Shown piece by piece: positions 16,887-25,950 of a stretch of 64,000 nt of DNA; position 1 is the first letter of the stretch, and the number at the start of each line of letters is the position of its first letter. Source of the stretch: a virus; IMG/VR virus record IMGVR_UViG_3300046780_000733. One strand, written 5' to 3'. The translations under genes and the position numbers were made by a program. Below the pieces are notes generated by a model. The model was not told the origin of the DNA. It searched no databases and was given only the letters and a program-made list of their open reading frames with translations.

Positions 16887-17045
16887 TTACTTCTTCTTGG
16901 CCTTGGGCGGATTGCCCTCGCCGCTCCCGCCCTTGGTCTTTCCCGAGAGGTTGCCCGAGCCGGGAGGACCCATCTTGTTGCCCCCGCCCTTCTTGGCACC
17001 CTTCTCGCCGCCCATCCCCTTCTTGCCGCCTTTGCCTTTGGCCAC
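16887..17045 (-). CDS. 52-aa Gly/Lys-rich basic protein (not in ORF track)
   Basis: GGGAGG RBS then GTG; MAKGKGGKKGMGGEKGAKKGGGNKMGPPGSGNLSGKTKGGSGEGNPPKAKKK. Confidence 0.75.
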   Translation of the reverse strand: MAKGKGGKKGMGGEKGAKKGGGNKMGPPGSGNLSGKTKGGSGEGNPPKAKKK

Positions 17046-17120
17046 CGTATGCCTCCCTTGGTTGATGACTGGATCAAAACCCGATGCAACGCCTTTGTTG
17101 TTAGATCGGAATCGGAAGCG

Positions 17121-17345
17121 TTACCGGATGTTTGCCATCCAACCAACAAGCATCCCAGAAAGTATCCCAATAAACAGCACGAGTAGGATCACGCCGGCAA
17201 ACGCCCAAGGTATCCACGTCGGGGCCAGCACGATCCACCACGACCAATCGATGTGATCGGTCAACTTGAGGCCGACAAACAGGATCGTCAAGAGGTTGAG
17301 GAAACCCATCCCACAACTGCACGAACACGACGACTCAGAACTCAC
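17121..17345 (-). CDS. Small transmembrane protein (Fragile-X-F/Tmemb_185A-like phage family)
   Basis: LLTILFVGLKLTDHIDWSWWIVLAPTWIP. Confidence 0.75.
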   Translation of the reverse strand: MSSESSCSCSCGMGFLNLLTILFVGLKLTDHIDWSWWIVLAPTWIPWAFAGVILLVLFIGILSGMLVGWMANIR

Positions 17346-17514
17346 GACGAACTCCTTGCATTGGTAAAATGCCGCCAGCGATCGGTGGTTGTTGGCATTC
17401 GATGCACACGGTAGCCAACTTTCTCGATCCAGTGGGGCCACACCCTTGCCGCTCGGTCGCCCCATAGCAGGGACCACTACCCCCTGCTCTCTCCGGCTGC
17501 TTTGAACCGCCGCA

Positions 17515-18294
17515 TCACGTGGCGGCGATGGCTCTTGTTGACAGTTTTGTGATCCCAGGCACAGGCTTTCCAGTAGCCATGACCGGTCTCCGCAGGTAGT
17601 TCGAGATCACCACCTCGGACCACTTCTCCCACTGATCCACCGGAGGGATGTTCGGGGCCGGGTAGTCCTCGATGTCCACGAACGCGTTGAGCAACTCGGG
17701 ACGATACTTGGCGATGATCTCTCGGTGCGTCCACCACCCCTGGAGATCGATCGAGGATTCGTCGAATATTTCCCCGATCAGCTCCGGTGGAACCGCCACC
17801 GTCCACGCGATCCCGAAATGCACGGACTCGACCCCGGCCCACGAGGAGTCGAAGATGAACCCGATCGGCTTGAGGTCGATGGGTTCGCCGTCGTCGAGTT
17901 TGAGTTCCTCGCGAATCTCTCGCTGCATCCCCCACTGGAGAGTCCGCATCTGCCAGCCGTCGCCGTCCATGGCATCCACGGGTTCGTAGTGGCCGCCGAC
18001 TCCCAGACTGAGTCGCCCGTGCAGCCGCTCCTCAGTGCCCTTTCCGGGGCGGCGGTACACGAGGATCTTCGCCGGTGGCCCGTTGTTGACCGCGGTCCAC
18101 ACCACCCCGTACGAACACAACTGCAACTGGCTCTGGTCGGCTTCTAGTTCCGCCGTGCGAGGACGGGCTTCGGCCGCGCACATGAGCCAGTTCACCCAAT
18201 CTGTTTCCATGTCTCGCCAGCCCGTCCATGGGCCAAGACCCTCAATTAGCTTTCTAGGCACGCAGAGGATTTGCTCGGAACCGTCAAGAGGCAT
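17515..18294 (-). CDS. NUDIX-family phosphoesterase (COG4112-like)
   Basis: ELEAD..QLQLCSY, EERLHGRLSLGVGGH, REIREEL, VHFG. Confidence 0.8.
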   Translation of the reverse strand: MPLDGSEQILCVPRKLIEGLGPWTGWRDMETDWVNWLMCAAEARPRTAELEADQSQLQLCSYGVVWTAVNNGPPAKILVYRRPGKGTEERLHGRLSLGVGGHYEPVDAMDGDGWQMRTLQWGMQREIREELKLDDGEPIDLKPIGFIFDSSWAGVESVHFGIAWTVAVPPELIGEIFDESSIDLQGWWTHREIIAKYRPELLNAFVDIEDYPAPNIPPVDQWEKWSEVVISNYLRRPVMATGKPVPGITKLSTRAIAAT

Positions 18295-18517
18295 GATGGT
18301 ATATTTCTCCAAAGCGTTGATCCCACGGCTCTCCGGAGAACTCCACGAAGATCTTTCTCCCCGGCGGCATGTAGCCTTTATCCACGAGCCACGCAGCGAC
18401 ATCCGCATCGACCACCGTTTGCGAGCGGACAGACTTGAACTTCTTGGTCGCCAACAAAGCGAGCATCGAAGCCGCGATCTTGCCGATGAATCCTCGGCGA
18501 GTTATATCAAGAGGCAT
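18284..18517 (-). CDS. Small protein with Tat-like signal
   Basis: ITRRGFIGKIAASMLALLA. Confidence 0.55.
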   Translation of the reverse strand: MPLDITRRGFIGKIAASMLALLATKKFKSVRSQTVVDADVAAWLVDKGYMPPGRKIFVEFSGEPWDQRFGEIYHHAS

Positions 18518-18804
18518 TACCTGTCCTCCGCAACGAAAGTCGGCAGGCGACGCTCTACGCGGAATCCGTTTCGGCTCGCCCACAGCGCCACCGGAACCTG
18601 CGAGCGCCCGCTCAGGCACGAGAGCCATACGCATCCAAAAAGAAATGCCGACAAGCGTTCACGCCAACTCATCTTCCAGCACGACACGCACTGCTCGCCA
18701 TCACTCCACACGTGAAGCATTTCCACAATGCCGACGGCACGCGAATACTTCTCGTTGCTCTGGTGGAGCTTCATGTTGTACTCGGGAAACTTAACCGGAA
18801 TCAT
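18517..18804 (-). CDS. Conserved hypothetical phage protein
   Basis: MIPVKFPE...VSCWKMSWRERL pattern; RBS. Confidence 0.7.
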   Translation of the reverse strand: MIPVKFPEYNMKLHQSNEKYSRAVGIVEMLHVWSDGEQCVSCWKMSWRERLSAFLFGCVWLSCLSGRSQVPVALWASRNGFRVERRLPTFVAEDR

Positions 18805-18856
18805 TTGATTCTCCTCTCACAGATAGAATCGCCTGCGTTTGGGAGAAACCGGAAGA

Positions 18857-19399
18857 CTATTTGGAATTTTTTCCGGATTTCAGTTCGGGCAGGTGGCCGA
18901 AGAACCGCCGAGCCATCGGGTCGCAATCCGACCCAGCGTCGTCCGGACGGCTCTCGCCGGCCAGGACGGACGACGCGCTTTCCTTCTCGTTCTCTTCCTG
19001 AACTAATTCGGTCGCAGAAGATTGCGCCCCTATGCCTGCGCCCTTGCGCGCACAAACCTTCGCCCGAAGCGCATTTATTTGCGCCCCCTCTCGACGCAAC
19101 GCGTCTCGCGTCCCAGGATGCCCCAGGAGCACGATTCGACGCTGGACGACCATGGATTCGTCCTCGACGCAGCGGATGGCGCCAGCGTCCTCCAGGGCTC
19201 TCAGGATCAACTGTACGGCTCTCGGCTTGAGACCTATGATTCCAGCGATCTTGCGGTTGCTGGGCCAGCATTCGGCCTTGCCACCAGCGGTGTCCAGGAG
19301 CACGCGCAGCACGAGCTGGCGAGAGCGGGTGTGGCGCGCCACCATCGCCCGCTCCCACTTGTACCGGTCTTTGCCGTGGAGCCTGATCGGTTCGTCCAT
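18857..19399 (-). CDS. Winged-HTH protein (HTH_36, replication-initiator-like)
   Basis: CWPSNRKIAGIIGLKPRAVQLILRALEDAGAI. Confidence 0.65.
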   Translation of the reverse strand: MDEPIRLHGKDRYKWERAMVARHTRSRQLVLRVLLDTAGGKAECWPSNRKIAGIIGLKPRAVQLILRALEDAGAIRCVEDESMVVQRRIVLLGHPGTRDALRREGAQINALRAKVCARKGAGIGAQSSATELVQEENEKESASSVLAGESRPDDAGSDCDPMARRFFGHLPELKSGKNSK

Positions 19400-19469
19400 G
19401 ACCGGATGTTACAGTATCGCGACATCCTGATCAAGCACTGTCTCCCGAATCGGGGATGATCAGTGTACA

Positions 19470-20414
19470 CTACTGAACAGCGGACGAAGCATGCAGGAAC
19501 GAAGTTAGCCAAAGATGGCGTCCACTCGCGCGCTGCCAGGAATTTGCGACGGATTCGCGAACACACTCTTCGCGGTTCGGCTCATCGAGGACGCGTTCCA
19601 AATGGTCCATGGTGAACGGCTCGTGTTCGGCGACGATCGCCGATGGATGGCCGCGGTAAGGACCGGTGTCAGAGGCGATCACCGAAGCACCATACGTCGC
19701 CGACTCCCATACTTTGATCGGGCTCTTGGACGCGTTGAACTCGCTCGGCAGCAGAGGGGCCAAGCACACGCGTGGGCGGAAAAGCCGGCACGTCGCCGGG
19801 TAGTCGTGGACCGTGCCCCACGGGATGAAGATGGAGCGACTGTCCATCCAGGGCGGACGGATGCCATGGAAGACCCAGCGGAATCTCCGGCTCGTCGCTT
19901 GGTAGATCCACCTGATCAACTCGACGTCCTTGATGTGCGACGGCGTGCCCGAGAAGAGGATCACGTCTCGCGGATGCGGGTCGTCAACGACTGGGTAATC
20001 GTCGAGGTCGATGAGGTTTGGGCACACCATGGTCTTCTCGGGATGCCCGCAGGCCCGCATGAGATGAGGGGTCGATGCCGTGATCATGTCGGCTCGGGAC
20101 AGGCACGACCTGACAGTGGATAGGTATTCCTCGCGGTGCCACGAACCCGTCGATTCCAACCTGAGCAGGTCGTCGTCCATGTCCCAGCCCAGGAACGGAA
20201 CCCTATCTCCGCTGAGCAACATCGGGAACAATCCCTTGGGGCGATGGTCGCGGTTGCAGAAGATGCCGTCGAAGGAGTCCCGGTCGTCGATCTGTCCGAG
20301 TCGAACCTGGACCCCGTGGTCCAGCAATTCCTTGGTCAGATGCCGAACGGGCAGGATTCGTCGCCAGTACGTGGGTCCTATGTCCTCGGTGCGAACCAAC
20401 AGCAGGTTGATCAC
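19470..20414 (-). CDS. Glycosyltransferase-like protein, paralog of 15628-16581
   Basis: YWRRILPVRHL, WDMDDD, ADMITAST, CPNLID, PLLPSEFNASKSPIKVWE. Confidence 0.75.
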   Translation of the reverse strand: MINLLLVRTEDIGPTYWRRILPVRHLTKELLDHGVQVRLGQIDDRDSFDGIFCNRDHRPKGLFPMLLSGDRVPFLGWDMDDDLLRLESTGSWHREEYLSTVRSCLSRADMITASTPHLMRACGHPEKTMVCPNLIDLDDYPVVDDPHPRDVILFSGTPSHIKDVELIRWIYQATSRRFRWVFHGIRPPWMDSRSIFIPWGTVHDYPATCRLFRPRVCLAPLLPSEFNASKSPIKVWESATYGASVIASDTGPYRGHPSAIVAEHEPFTMDHLERVLDEPNREECVRESVANSWQRASGRHLWLTSFLHASSAVQ

Positions 20415-21046
20415 TTGACAACCTTGAGCGCGAACGCGTGAGAGTTTCCTACCTTGTCATCGGTTTCAAGCACGGCAACGATGTCAAGCCCGATTCCAAG
20501 CTCAACGAGCATCCCGACCATCGTCAGGTAGAGATCGACATCCCAGCAGTAATAATGGCCACCGCGGCACTCGCAGCCGTTCTCGATCGGATGGGTGTCT
20601 AGCGTGTATCCCATCCAAAAAGCTATGCATATTTCTGTGATCAGGCTTACTTCGCGGCTGCGGTCGCCGGGATGGGCATCGCGTTTCGGGATGTTCGAAA
20701 AGATGATTCCCCCATGGGCGACAACGCGGTGCCACTCGATCAACGCGCTCATGGGGTCAGGCAAATGCTCAAACACATGAGAATTTATTATCCAATTAAA
20801 TGACGAATCCGCAAAAGGAAGACGATCGCCCTGGGCCATCACGTCCACAGCGAGCGCTCGTCCGCAGAGGTGAATCTCCTCTCGCTTGTACACGGTGTCC
20901 ATGTCGTCGGTGCAATCGACGTTGATCGTGTTCGGGATTCCCCAGGAATTATGGGCGCTGCCGCCCAATTCAAGGCCTGGCCCCGGCTGCAATGGATCGA
21001 TGAGCCTATGGGCCAGTGCGGATTCAGGGAAGTACGGGTAACGCAT
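20411..21046 (-). CDS. Class I SAM-dependent methyltransferase
   Basis: GLELGG, LPFADSSFNWIINSHVFEH, EWHRVV..GG. Confidence 0.85.
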   Translation of the reverse strand: MRYPYFPESALAHRLIDPLQPGPGLELGGSAHNSWGIPNTINVDCTDDMDTVYKREEIHLCGRALAVDVMAQGDRLPFADSSFNWIINSHVFEHLPDPMSALIEWHRVVAHGGIIFSNIPKRDAHPGDRSREVSLITEICIAFWMGYTLDTHPIENGCECRGGHYYCWDVDLYLTMVGMLVELGIGLDIVAVLETDDKVGNSHAFALKVVK

Positions 21047-21050
21047 GGGA

Positions 21051-21449
21051 TCAGATATTCTGGGGATAGGCGTCGGACTCGTACGTCATGCCAGTAACGT
21101 GGCCTCTCCCCTGCTGGTTGACCTGGACCGTATCGGTGCCGGCCCACTTGAATGGCTTCGGGCCAGCGGGCGTCTGCACGATGATACGAAGGATGCAACT
21201 GGCGCCAGCAGGACCCGATGTCACCACTCCGTCCACCTGGGGGATCATCGTGGCTGGTGGATCGGGTAGGCCGGCGAAGGTACTCCAGTGGATCTGCGCG
21301 GGTGGATCTTGGCTGAAGTCGTACAAGATCGCCCTGGCGGTGTAATCGACGCTGATGATCGTAACCTTGCAGGGTATCCACACATCAGGGTTATTCCAGT
21401 TGGCGGGCGGTGGGGTCGGCGTGGCGACAAAAGGAATCGCGTTGATCAT
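21051..21449 (-). CDS. Hypothetical protein
   Basis: RBS GGAGG; within operon. Confidence 0.6.
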   Translation of the reverse strand: MINAIPFVATPTPPPANWNNPDVWIPCKVTIISVDYTARAILYDFSQDPPAQIHWSTFAGLPDPPATMIPQVDGVVTSGPAGASCILRIIVQTPAGPKPFKWAGTDTVQVNQQGRGHVTGMTYESDAYPQNI

Positions 21450-21461
21450 CGGTGCCTCCGG

Positions 21462-22142
21462 TTAATATTTATAGATGAACGCGATGTTCTTCGAGACGTG
21501 GACGGACTTGACCATGCCTCCCAAGAACATCACAGACGGCGAATCATGGATCGCGTCGATCAACCCAGTGATCAGATTGATAGACGTTTGTTTATTCATG
21601 GCGAGCGCGTGGCCCCCGTAGGCGGGAACGTACGCGGTCCACAGATCCTCAACAACGTAGATTCCTCCCGGGGCGAGCAACGGGAATAGCGTCTCGAAGC
21701 TCACCAGGATGTCCAACTGCACGTGAGATCCATCATCGATGACGATATCGAACGGGCCGCAGCCGTTGTCGATGTCGGCGAGGCACTCGTGGTCGCTCTG
21801 GCTACCCTTGATCGTGGTGATCCTGTCGTCGTCGAGGTGGCTCTTGTCGTGGATGTCGAGGCCGAAGATCTGGCCACTCCTGAAGTAGTCACGCCACACC
21901 TTGATCGAGTCGCCGCCGCGCCAGTCGCTCTCGTAGCCGCCGATCCCGATCTCCAGCAGCCTGAGTGGCTTGTCTCGGAGCGGTGCGAAGTGACGCTCAT
22001 ACTCGTGCTCGAAATGGTGCACGTAGAACTTGTCGGTGCCGTAGTGGGCCATGAGCAGCCCAAGGTCGTGCGGGCCAGGTCCGTCGAGCTTCGGTCGCAC
22101 CTCGGCCAGCATCGACTTGTACTGTTTCTGTTCCGGGGTCAT
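21462..22142 (-). CDS. Sugar O-methyltransferase (MycE/TylE-like)
   Basis: YGTDK, LLEIGIGGY, GLDI, GSQ, FDIVIDDGSH, YVVEDL. Confidence 0.85.
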   Translation of the reverse strand: MTPEQKQYKSMLAEVRPKLDGPGPHDLGLLMAHYGTDKFYVHHFEHEYERHFAPLRDKPLRLLEIGIGGYESDWRGGDSIKVWRDYFRSGQIFGLDIHDKSHLDDDRITTIKGSQSDHECLADIDNGCGPFDIVIDDGSHVQLDILVSFETLFPLLAPGGIYVVEDLWTAYVPAYGGHALAMNKQTSINLITGLIDAIHDSPSVMFLGGMVKSVHVSKNIAFIYKY

Positions 22143-22414
22143 CGAATCTCCTCAGCCGCATCCGCAGGTTCGTAAGTGGCCTGGAAAATTTCATCCTTGA
22201 TTGGATACTTTTCGCCTTTGATTCCGGTGATCACCCAGTCGCCAGGAGACACTGCCATCACGCCTTCGAGGGTCTTGATGGACGCGAAATGACCTCCGGG
22301 GTGAAGCCCGGCGAAATCGGGCATCATAAACCCGTATTCAAGCCCATCGATTTTCTTGCCGGCGAACCATTGCTCGGCCTCAATGACGACCGGCTTCTTT
22401 CTAAATTTCGCCAC
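22139..22414 (-). CDS. Conserved phage protein (RKKPVVIEA / PGDW family)
   Basis: FRKKPVVIEAEQW...TLEG...SPGDWVITGIKGEKYP. Confidence 0.85.
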   Translation of the reverse strand: MAKFRKKPVVIEAEQWFAGKKIDGLEYGFMMPDFAGLHPGGHFASIKTLEGVMAVSPGDWVITGIKGEKYPIKDEIFQATYEPADAAEEIR

Positions 22415-22505
22415 CGCCTGCTCCTTTCAAAGATAGAAACCACTTCTCTCGCGCATCATAGCGAACAACCTAGGCGAGACACCAAATCGACTCTGCCGGG
22501 GCAAC

Positions 22506-22538
22506 AAAAAACCCGCGCCCGATTTGCCGGGCGAGGGT
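22506..22538 (-). terminator. Intrinsic terminator
   Basis: ACCCTCGCCCG...CGGGCGCGGGT followed by a T tract on the minus strand. Confidence 0.7.
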
Positions 22539-22573
22539 CTACGCTGATTCGAGTCACATGGACTTATGGGACG

Positions 22574-23212
22574 TCAGTTGACCTGGATATACTGCTCGAC
22601 CATGGCCAGGTAGTAAGGCGTACGCCCACCGTCGCCGTCACCGCGCGTGAACCGAGGATCGTGAACAGCGATACCCACTTTGTAACGGCCTGGCATCATG
22701 CTTTCTGTCCAGGAGAAGTCTTGAGACCAATATCCCTTGCCGGGAACGTCAACCACGGTCCCAATCTTCTCCATATCCACGAACTTGTTGCCGTACGCGT
22801 CGGCAACAGTCAAAGAGATATCCGCCTGCACTGCCTCAATGGAACCAATCTCGTTGGGGACGCCCACATGGAACGAGCCGCGAATAGATAACTCGGAGGG
22901 CCGTCCATAGTTCGACGGGTCGAGGGTGGCAGCGGAGTGCCAGCCGACGGTGGACAAGAGGAGTTGATCCGCACGCTTGCCGGCAACGGATTTCTTCGCC
23001 CTCCGGTTTTTTGCGTATTGGGCGGCATGAGAACCGATGGCGGCGCCCACGATTGCACCAGCCAGAATCACGATTGCGCATTTGTGGTAAGTCTTGATTG
23101 AACTGACTCCTAAAGGAAGGATTCTCCAGAAACGGGAACACTCAAGACGGGGTTTTCCAAGCGGAGTAAATGGACGCATGGGCCAGGGTTTCCCCTGTTC
23201 CCCCGTAGCCAA
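22574..23212 (-). CDS. Membrane-anchored hypothetical protein (start uncertain)
   Basis: TM segment AIVILAGAIVGAAIG followed by a beta-rich domain. Confidence 0.55.
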   Translation of the reverse strand: MATGEQGKPWPMRPFTPLGKPRLECSRFWRILPLGVSSIKTYHKCAIVILAGAIVGAAIGSHAAQYAKNRRAKKSVAGKRADQLLLSTVGWHSAATLDPSNYGRPSELSIRGSFHVGVPNEIGSIEAVQADISLTVADAYGNKFVDMEKIGTVVDVPGKGYWSQDFSWTESMMPGRYKVGIAVHDPRFTRGDGDGGRTPYYLAMVEQYIQVN

Positions 23213-23648
23213 TTACGTACTCAGACTGATATTGCACCGTATTGACACACGGGCACCCCATGGTGTAGACCGACAGAGAATCAACGAATGGACGACTTGT
23301 GCAGTCATAATAGTTGCAGCTAATTTGAAACTCGTGTTCGCCCGAATCAACCAAGGGAGAGTTGATGTTATTGTAAGACCAAATCCTTACCCTCTGGGAA
23401 ATAAAAGCGCCAGAGCCCGACAAGCCTGCGCCCCAATGGGCCTGTCCAGCTCCCGTCCCGTTGAAATGGCCCGTCGAACAAGAGCCTCCGTTGAACACGA
23501 TGGACGTGTTGGCACCCCCGCAGTATTCCGAAACGCAAGCTGAGACACCGGATACCATGACGGCCAAGGCGAACAACAAGCACAGACCCACGATACCAAA
23601 TTTTCGACTCATGGTCAACGTCTCCCTGGTGGAATTTGTTTTCGTCAT
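23142..23648 (-). CDS. Secreted Cys-containing protein
   Basis: Signal peptide MSRKFGIVGLCLLFALAVMVSGVSA. Confidence 0.6.
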   Translation of the reverse strand: MTKTNSTRETLTMSRKFGIVGLCLLFALAVMVSGVSACVSEYCGGANTSIVFNGGSCSTGHFNGTGAGQAHWGAGLSGSGAFISQRVRIWSYNNINSPLVDSGEHEFQISCNYYDCTSRPFVDSLSVYTMGCPCVNTVQYQSEYVIGYGGTGETLAHASIYSAWKTPS

Positions 23649-24103
23649 CGAATCTCCTCATGGTTAATCCACTTCTGACGCGCCACAACGGCAGCATGCT
23701 CGGCATGCTCGTGCGAGGTCGGCGAGACAACCTCGATGGAGTCGTTGCCCCACTTGCAGGCCACGACATTGACCGGATCGCGCACATCGGCCTCCACGCC
23801 CCATCGCTCCAACTCGCCGGACTTCAGGCGGACGTGCACCGCGTAGGTGGGGCCGAGCACGAAGCCCTTGCAGTAGTCGATCGGGTACGGCTTCACCTTG
23901 TAGGTTCGATCCGGATGCCACATGCGGTACTCGTCGGCGACCTTCTCGCCATCTTCCCGCGAAGAGAACAGCCCGAGAAATTCGTAGTCGCCTACCTCGG
24001 CGCGGTGTAGGACGAAAACCGGATTTGATCGCTCGTGCTTCTTGGTCGCCGAGAGTGCTGCCAGGAATCCTACCAGCAACATGCAAACGAAACTGATCTT
24101 CAT
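23645..24103 (-). CDS. Hypothetical exported protein
   Basis: MKISFVCMLLVGFLAAL leader. Confidence 0.6.
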   Translation of the reverse strand: MKISFVCMLLVGFLAALSATKKHERSNPVFVLHRAEVGDYEFLGLFSSREDGEKVADEYRMWHPDRTYKVKPYPIDYCKGFVLGPTYAVHVRLKSGELERWGVEADVRDPVNVVACKWGNDSIEVVSPTSHEHAEHAAVVARQKWINHEEIR

Positions 24104-24104
24104 C

Positions 24105-25823
24105 TTACTGCATTCCTGAAATGTCGTTGCCGACACCGAAGTTGACGGTTCCGAGATTGGTGATGTGGATCGCGTGCTTGAACCGTTTGCCGCCGATCTC
24201 CATGTCCCATGGACTCTGCGGCGGGTTGGCCGGCGACTCATTGGTGGCCTCGGGGTTCGCCGTCCCCTGCCCTGACGCCGCTCCCGGCAATGGCATCGAA
24301 GCCATAGCCATGTGGTCACGGGGCGGGTCAGGCATCAGGTGGTCCGCGGGTCCTGGCACAGTCGCCTGAGACATGACGATGGTTTGACCTCGGTACACGG
24401 TGACACTCCCTGGTACTGGGACCGTGGCCTGATACAGGGGCAAAGTCTCGGCGGTGCCCACGGCACGCTGAGTCTCGGCGAGCATCGACTCGTTCTCTTC
24501 GAGGGTTGACATCCTGTGGTAGATGTCCATGAACTTCCGCTTGCGCCCGATGTAGGCGTCGTAGAAGGACCGGCTCACGTTTCGATCCTTGACGTCGTAG
24601 TGCTCGGTGCGCTTCGTGTCGTCGTGCTTGAGCGAGCCGAAGTAACGGGCCGGGAACGATGCCGGCCTGATCCCGCAGTAACGGAGACGGAGATAGAAAT
24701 CCGAATCCTCCGAGCCCCATGCACGAAACAGTACGTCGTATCCAGTGGCCTGCCGAAAATCGTAGGAGTGGACCACGACCGAGCCGAACTGGGACCAGTC
24801 GATGGGGTCGGCCAGTAAGTAGTGGCGGTTCTTCAGAGAGTGACGGATCGCCTCCGCCCACCCGGGCTCGCACGTCCAGTCTGCGTCCCAGAAGCACAGC
24901 CACCCCTCCTTGGCATAGGCGGCGCCGAGGTTGCGGGCGTGGGCCAGGTTGAACTTTGGCAATCCAGTCGCGTGCACCACCGTGACCTCGGGGTGGTGAT
25001 CCCTGACCCACTGCGCGGTCCCCTGCGGGCAGTCGTAATCGACCACAATCACCTCGACACCGGGCTCGACCAGCCACATCGGCAACGTCTGCTTGAGGTG
25101 ATCGAGACGTCCTTTGCACGTGGTGACCACCTGGAGCGTCGTTCCCAGGCATCGCGGTGGCACCTGGAATTTGAACGGATGGGTCACAGCGTACTTGTGT
25201 CCGAGGTTCTCCGGGGCCGGTGGACGCCAACTGCACCCGCACTCGCTCCAGTCGCCGTAGTCGAGGCCTAGGTTGCGCGTGATCCACATCAGTGACCAGT
25301 CGGTGCTGAGATAGGCAGATGCGTTACACCGCCGCCATGATGGCCAGTCTGGGGCGAACCGATCGTGGCCGCGAAGCGTGTCGTCGTCGAGGAACGGCGA
25401 TGCCAGGATTCGCGTGGCCGCGTCAGCCGTGATGGCCTGGCACGCCCCCTGGATGTTCTCGTACTCCTCGCCCTCGTATTCCAGGGTGCCCGAGATAGCG
25501 TGCTCGGGCTCGACCCGGAACCTACGCCAGACCCGCGTGTCGGGGTCGATCTTGACGATCCACCTGGTGCCCATGGCGATGCCCGCGGTGAGCGTTCGAT
25601 GCCACCACCGGCCACCACATTCGACTCGCTTCAGATACTCGCCCTCGACGTACTTGGCGTTGTGCCGGCGGCAAGACTCGCCGTACCATCGGTCGCGGGC
25701 CCCGTCCGAGATCACCGTCACGGGTGCATCCGGGTACGCGGCTCGCAAGTGACCCAAAAACCACTCCACCTGCGTGGCCCCCTCGTCGGCCACAACCACC
25801 ACGAACCCATAATCCTGCATCAT
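24105..25823 (-). CDS. Two-domain glycosyltransferase (GT-A; GT2/GT7C-like)
   Basis: KIDPD and FWDAD DxD motifs, TTCKGRLDHL, VVDYDC, ARNLGA, GYD..F.AWGSEDSDF. Confidence 0.85.
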   Translation of the reverse strand: MMQDYGFVVVVADEGATQVEWFLGHLRAAYPDAPVTVISDGARDRWYGESCRRHNAKYVEGEYLKRVECGGRWWHRTLTAGIAMGTRWIVKIDPDTRVWRRFRVEPEHAISGTLEYEGEEYENIQGACQAITADAATRILASPFLDDDTLRGHDRFAPDWPSWRRCNASAYLSTDWSLMWITRNLGLDYGDWSECGCSWRPPAPENLGHKYAVTHPFKFQVPPRCLGTTLQVVTTCKGRLDHLKQTLPMWLVEPGVEVIVVDYDCPQGTAQWVRDHHPEVTVVHATGLPKFNLAHARNLGAAYAKEGWLCFWDADWTCEPGWAEAIRHSLKNRHYLLADPIDWSQFGSVVVHSYDFRQATGYDVLFRAWGSEDSDFYLRLRYCGIRPASFPARYFGSLKHDDTKRTEHYDVKDRNVSRSFYDAYIGRKRKFMDIYHRMSTLEENESMLAETQRAVGTAETLPLYQATVPVPGSVTVYRGQTIVMSQATVPGPADHLMPDPPRDHMAMASMPLPGAASGQGTANPEATNESPANPPQSPWDMEIGGKRFKHAIHITNLGTVNFGVGNDISGMQ

Positions 25824-25886
25824 CCTCTCCGCGCCAGATTCCGCTATTGCCCCTGCCAAGAGCGCCGTCGCGGAACCCGGCCGAGA

Positions 25887-25931
25887 AAATTCCGAATTTA
25901 ATCTTGCTTCGGAATCACTTCCTGGTATGAT
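25887..25931 (+). promoter_or_regulatory. Palindrome AAATTCCGAATTT plus promoter TTGCTT-N16-TATGAT
   Basis: Divergent intergenic region. Confidence 0.55.
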
Positions 25932-25950
25932 CAAGGTCGAAGGAGACGCA

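Larger units (their letters stand above)
22138..23660. repeat. 17-bp direct repeat GTCATCGAATCTCCTCA (22138-22154, 23644-23660)
   Basis: Exact match; contains minus-strand RBS and ATG. Confidence 0.8.
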
